From an uncultured Pirellulaceae bacterium (GTDB lineage Bacteria; Planctomycetota; Planctomycetia; Pirellulales; Pirellulaceae), in assembly GCA_964503675.1 (NCBI GenBank), contig CAZDBE010000003.1, forward strand, positions 1-42,734: a DNA stretch of 42,734 nt, in the 5' to 3' direction. Each line of letters begins with the position of its first letter. Position 1 is the first letter of the stretch. Below are positions 39,234 to 42,734 of this stretch, one piece after another. The translations under genes and the position numbers were made by a program. Under the pieces are notes generated by a model. The model saw only the letters and a list, made by a program, of their open reading frames with translations, had not been told where the DNA came from and searched no databases.

Positions 39234-42200
39234 ATGGCGATATATCACCTCTCTCTACAGCCAATTTCACTCGGTTCGGGGCGCTCCGCAGTGCATGCAG
39301 CTGCGTATCGACACGGTACAAAAATGTTGAATGAATCCACCGGCGAACGATACGACTACGGCCGCAAAGACGAAGTCGTTGCTTGTGATATTGAATTGCC
39401 GCCAGAAACTCCGAGTTGGTTGAGAAGGGCCATCGATGGGCGCGATGCTAACGGCGCTTCAGAAGCGCTCTGGAATGCGGTCGAAAAATTTGAAAAACGC
39501 TCAGACAGCCAGCTGGCAAACGAAATTGAGTTCGCTCTGCCAATTGAATTGACACAATCTCAAAACATCGAGTTGTTAAAAGAATTCGCCACGACCTTCA
39601 CAGACCGAGGAATGGTCGTTGATTGGTCTTATCACGACGCGCCCGGCAACCCCCATGTTCACATGATGCTTACGCTACGCCCCCTCACCGAGGAAGGCTT
39701 TGGACCCAAGCGCGTGCCGATCTTGGGAGAAGACCGACAACCTATCAAGGTTTCGACAAAAGGCGGCGATCGTTACCAATACCGTCATTGGTCCGGAAAC
39801 CGCGAAGACCTGCGCGAATGGCGCGGTATCTGGGCAGAGACGGCGAACCGGAAACTCGCAGAATGCGGCCACGCAGTCCGTATCGATCATCGCAGTCACA
39901 AAGACGCAGAAATTGACCTCCTCCCCTCTCGTCACAAAGGCCAGGCACGAACCCACGCTGCGCCTTCTCCGGAAGATGACTTTTACCATAACGAAGCGCG
40001 CCGCGAGGCGAAAAACACTCAGCGACTTCTCAAGAACCCCGAGTTGATTTTGGCAGATGTTACGACCCGAAAGTCCGTATTTGAAATGAGCGATGTGACG
40101 GACGCCATTGCTAAATATATCTCGAATGAAACCACACAAAAATTGGTCCTCCATGGCCTCCGAAACAGTAACAACCTCGTTCGCTTGCAGAACGTGATAA
40201 CCGATCCAAAAACCAAAGACGTCATCGCGCCCGCGAAGTACTCGACCCCAGATATGATCCTGCTCGAAAGACGGATGCAGACGGACGCAGCCGAGCTGTT
40301 TCAATCGGGCGGGCATGGCGTCAAACGATCACACCTGAAAAGCGCCCTCGCCCAATACGACTTTCTTTCCCAAGAGCAACGCATGGCGGTGCGCTTCGTA
40401 ACCGGCAGCCGAGGCCTTTCGAACCTCGTCGGGTTAGCAGGCGCAGGAAAAACGACGCTATTGAAAGCCTCAAACACAGCGCTAGAGCGCAGCGGCAAAC
40501 GGGTTATTGGTCTTGCGCTCGCTGGTAAAGCGGCGGAGTCGCTGACAAATGAGAGCGGTATTGCCTCGCGCACCTTAGCCTCGTTTGAGCATGCCATAAA
40601 GAATGGCCGAGAGACGCTCTCAGCGGATGATGTCGTAGTGCTCGACGAAGCCGGAATGGTGGGCTCTCGCCAAATGGCCTGGTTGCTTGCTGAGGTTAAC
40701 AAAGCCGGAGCCAAAGCCATCTTCGCTGGTGATCCAGATCAGCTACCCGCCATTGAGGCGGGGTGCGCGTTCCAATCCATCATCGATGGAACAGCCGCAG
40801 CAGAAGTGACGGTCATCAGGCGTCAGTCAGATGGCGCTGACCGCCTGGCATCTCTGAACATGGCCCGCGGATCGGTAAAAGATGCGATTGAGCATTACAT
40901 CGCCAAGGGTCAAACCTACGCAGCGTCGTCCAAGAACATTAGTATGCGCCAAATTTCCGCGAACGTGTTTGCAGAGATCATGAGCGGCAAAGACTCGCTC
41001 GCCGTTGCGCAGTCGAACACAGATGTCGACAAGCTCAACTTAGCCATTCGGTCTCGGCTGGTCGATAGTGGAATGTTGGAACCGGGGATAACTCTGAGCA
41101 CCTCGCGTGGCGAAGCAAACTTCGCAACGGGCGACAAGCTCGTGTTCCTGAAGAACGACTATACCTTCCACGTTAAGAACGGAACGACTGGCACAGTTAC
41201 ACATGTCTCAAACAATTCAATGACCGTCAGACTCGCTGATGGGCGAACCGTGCGCTTTGATCCGCGTCGCTACGATCACTTCACGCATGGCTATGCTGTC
41301 ACTATTCACAAATCGCAGGGAGCGACGGTCGACAGTGTTCATATGCTCGCGACACGCATGATGAGACGCAACCAAGCCTACGTCGCTATGACACGGCACA
41401 GAGATCGCTTGAACATGTATTGGTCTAAGGCAAGCTTCAATGTCTTTGAGGGCGGGCTTGTTGAAGCGCTGAGCCGTCCGGACGATAAGACAACCACGCT
41501 CGATTACGCTGATAGTCCAGAATACGCGCGCATCATTGAGTTTGGGTCCCGGCGCGGTTTCGATACGCGAGCGGTATACCGACAGTCACAGCAACTTAAA
41601 GACGCTTCGGCTCGCCTGACAAAGATTTTTGAATATCGAGAGCGTTTAAACGACTTGTCTACGCGGGCCGACGCCGCCATCAGCCAAAAACTTCTGGCGT
41701 CGAACTCCGCATTGGCGGCAACCAAACAACCGCTTTCGAAACTGGAAAATATGTCGACTGAGGCGCTCGCGTGGATTGAGGAACAGAAGCGTCCGAAATG
41801 GCTGATCGAACCAGCTACTGAATATTCAAGCTCGCCAGAGGACGTCGCCAAGCACTTAATGACGAGCGGCCAGATTGATGAAACAGCCGCCATTTTCAAA
41901 AACGTGAGAGAGTTGAGGACGCATTTGTCTTACAATTTTCCCAAGCCCGGGAGCGTCATCGTTAGGTTACTCAACGATGTCTACGATGTTCCAGCGGGCG
42001 AGAGAGACGCATTCGCGGAAGAACGGATTCGGGTTTTGTTTAAAAATTCGAAGCGGTTCGGAGAGTACAAGAAACCACGCAACTATAAACCGACACTGTC
42101 GCTTTCCACCGAAATGACGGAAGCAGACCACATCCATTACAGCCGCGAAATGAAACGTTTAATCAGAGTCGCGGTTAGAACTGCTGGGCAAGAATACGAC

Positions 42201-42632
42201 CGAATCGTATCGGAAGAACGAAAGTTCAGGGAACTTGTCGCCAATGGCGTCCCATATCCGTCATCCAACTTGGAAAAATTCATGACCGGTGGTGCCAATT
42301 TCAACGCCGATCAAGATGACCAAATCGCCAACGCACGCGATCAAGCGACGGGAACACTCGAATCCGACAAAGATCTTTCTGATGAGTTCGACTACTTCAC
42401 GGACATCTGGAAGCAAGCCAGCAAAATCGCCAACTCTCGCTCCGTCTCGCCCGAAATCAGGAAAATGATTTCGGCTATCACGACGATGCTCAACACGATG
42501 GAGTCTGTGCTCAAAACATTGTCGCACATCACCTATGCTGCGCCGGCCATCGAACGAACATTTCGAGAGGAATTGTGGGAGCAAGAGGAGGTTGAAGAAA
42601 CGCTCAGCGTCTCGCCGGGGTTATCGATGTGA
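39234..42632 (+). CDS. traA: Ti-type conjugative relaxase-helicase TraA (MobA/MobL relaxase plus RecD-like helicase)
   Basis: MAIYHLS catalytic Tyr, SAVHAAAYR, EFALP, HDAPGNPHVH, RIDHRS; Walker A GLAGAGKT, LDEAGMV, GDPDQL, HGYAVTIHKSQGATVD. Confidence 0.93.
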   Translation: MAIYHLSLQPISLGSGRSAVHAAAYRHGTKMLNESTGERYDYGRKDEVVACDIELPPETPSWLRRAIDGRDANGASEALWNAVEKFEKRSDSQLANEIEFALPIELTQSQNIELLKEFATTFTDRGMVVDWSYHDAPGNPHVHMMLTLRPLTEEGFGPKRVPILGEDRQPIKVSTKGGDRYQYRHWSGNREDLREWRGIWAETANRKLAECGHAVRIDHRSHKDAEIDLLPSRHKGQARTHAAPSPEDDFYHNEARREAKNTQRLLKNPELILADVTTRKSVFEMSDVTDAIAKYISNETTQKLVLHGLRNSNNLVRLQNVITDPKTKDVIAPAKYSTPDMILLERRMQTDAAELFQSGGHGVKRSHLKSALAQYDFLSQEQRMAVRFVTGSRGLSNLVGLAGAGKTTLLKASNTALERSGKRVIGLALAGKAAESLTNESGIASRTLASFEHAIKNGRETLSADDVVVLDEAGMVGSRQMAWLLAEVNKAGAKAIFAGDPDQLPAIEAGCAFQSIIDGTAAAEVTVIRRQSDGADRLASLNMARGSVKDAIEHYIAKGQTYAASSKNISMRQISANVFAEIMSGKDSLAVAQSNTDVDKLNLAIRSRLVDSGMLEPGITLSTSRGEANFATGDKLVFLKNDYTFHVKNGTTGTVTHVSNNSMTVRLADGRTVRFDPRRYDHFTHGYAVTIHKSQGATVDSVHMLATRMMRRNQAYVAMTRHRDRLNMYWSKASFNVFEGGLVEALSRPDDKTTTLDYADSPEYARIIEFGSRRGFDTRAVYRQSQQLKDASARLTKIFEYRERLNDLSTRADAAISQKLLASNSALAATKQPLSKLENMSTEALAWIEEQKRPKWLIEPATEYSSSPEDVAKHLMTSGQIDETAAIFKNVRELRTHLSYNFPKPGSVIVRLLNDVYDVPAGERDAFAEERIRVLFKNSKRFGEYKKPRNYKPTLSLSTEMTEADHIHYSREMKRLIRVAVRTAGQEYDRIVSEERKFRELVANGVPYPSSNLEKFMTGGANFNADQDDQIANARDQATGTLESDKDLSDEFDYFTDIWKQASKIANSRSVSPEIRKMISAITTMLNTMESVLKTLSHITYAAPAIERTFREELWEQEEVEETLSVSPGLSM

Positions 42633-42734
42633 TGGTTCAAACCGAATAGATAGGTCGTCTAAACCCAAGATCGAACTTCCCACTGTGGATTGTCTGGCAT
42701 CCTGAGCTTGCCGACATGACTGGGTCTGATGGCT

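Noticed and set aside
1-42734. CRISPR array, rRNA, tRNA
   Set aside because: No regularly spaced repeats or RNA-gene signatures were seen by eye.

Overview
Accessory, mobile-element-associated DNA from an alphaproteobacterium. The TonB-dependent receptor (TBDR) signal peptides and gene set suggest Hyphomonadaceae/Caulobacterales, but that is inference. Two carbohydrate-utilisation loci converge tail-to-tail on an IS3-family (IS407-group) element that has no target-site duplication. The left locus (1051-16055) looks like a sucrose/beta-fructoside locus: ROK fructokinase, GPH-family MFS symporter, clan GH-J beta-fructosidase, LacI repressor, two divergent tryptophan-halogenase-family proteins, a TBDR and zwf-edd-glk. 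Five copies of a T(A/G)CAATCGATTG(C/T/G)A operator-like palindrome link these genes. The right locus (17276-37054) looks like a beta-1,3-glucan/laminarin locus: LytS/LytTR pair, GH16, TBDR, halogenase, JmjC-type cupin, halogenase, GH3, SSS transporter and zwf-pgl-edd-glk. The block lies between an IS-broken DUF3363/VirD2-like relaxase on the left and an intact MOBQ TraA relaxase-helicase with a recognisable oriT on the right. An IS110 remnant and two small DNA-binding genes sit between the right locus and oriT. The most interesting signal is four intact flavin-dependent halogenase homologues embedded in the sugar loci, two of them behind a copy of the sugar operator, with no biosynthetic cluster or flavin reductase nearby. 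No CRISPR array, rRNA or tRNA was seen.
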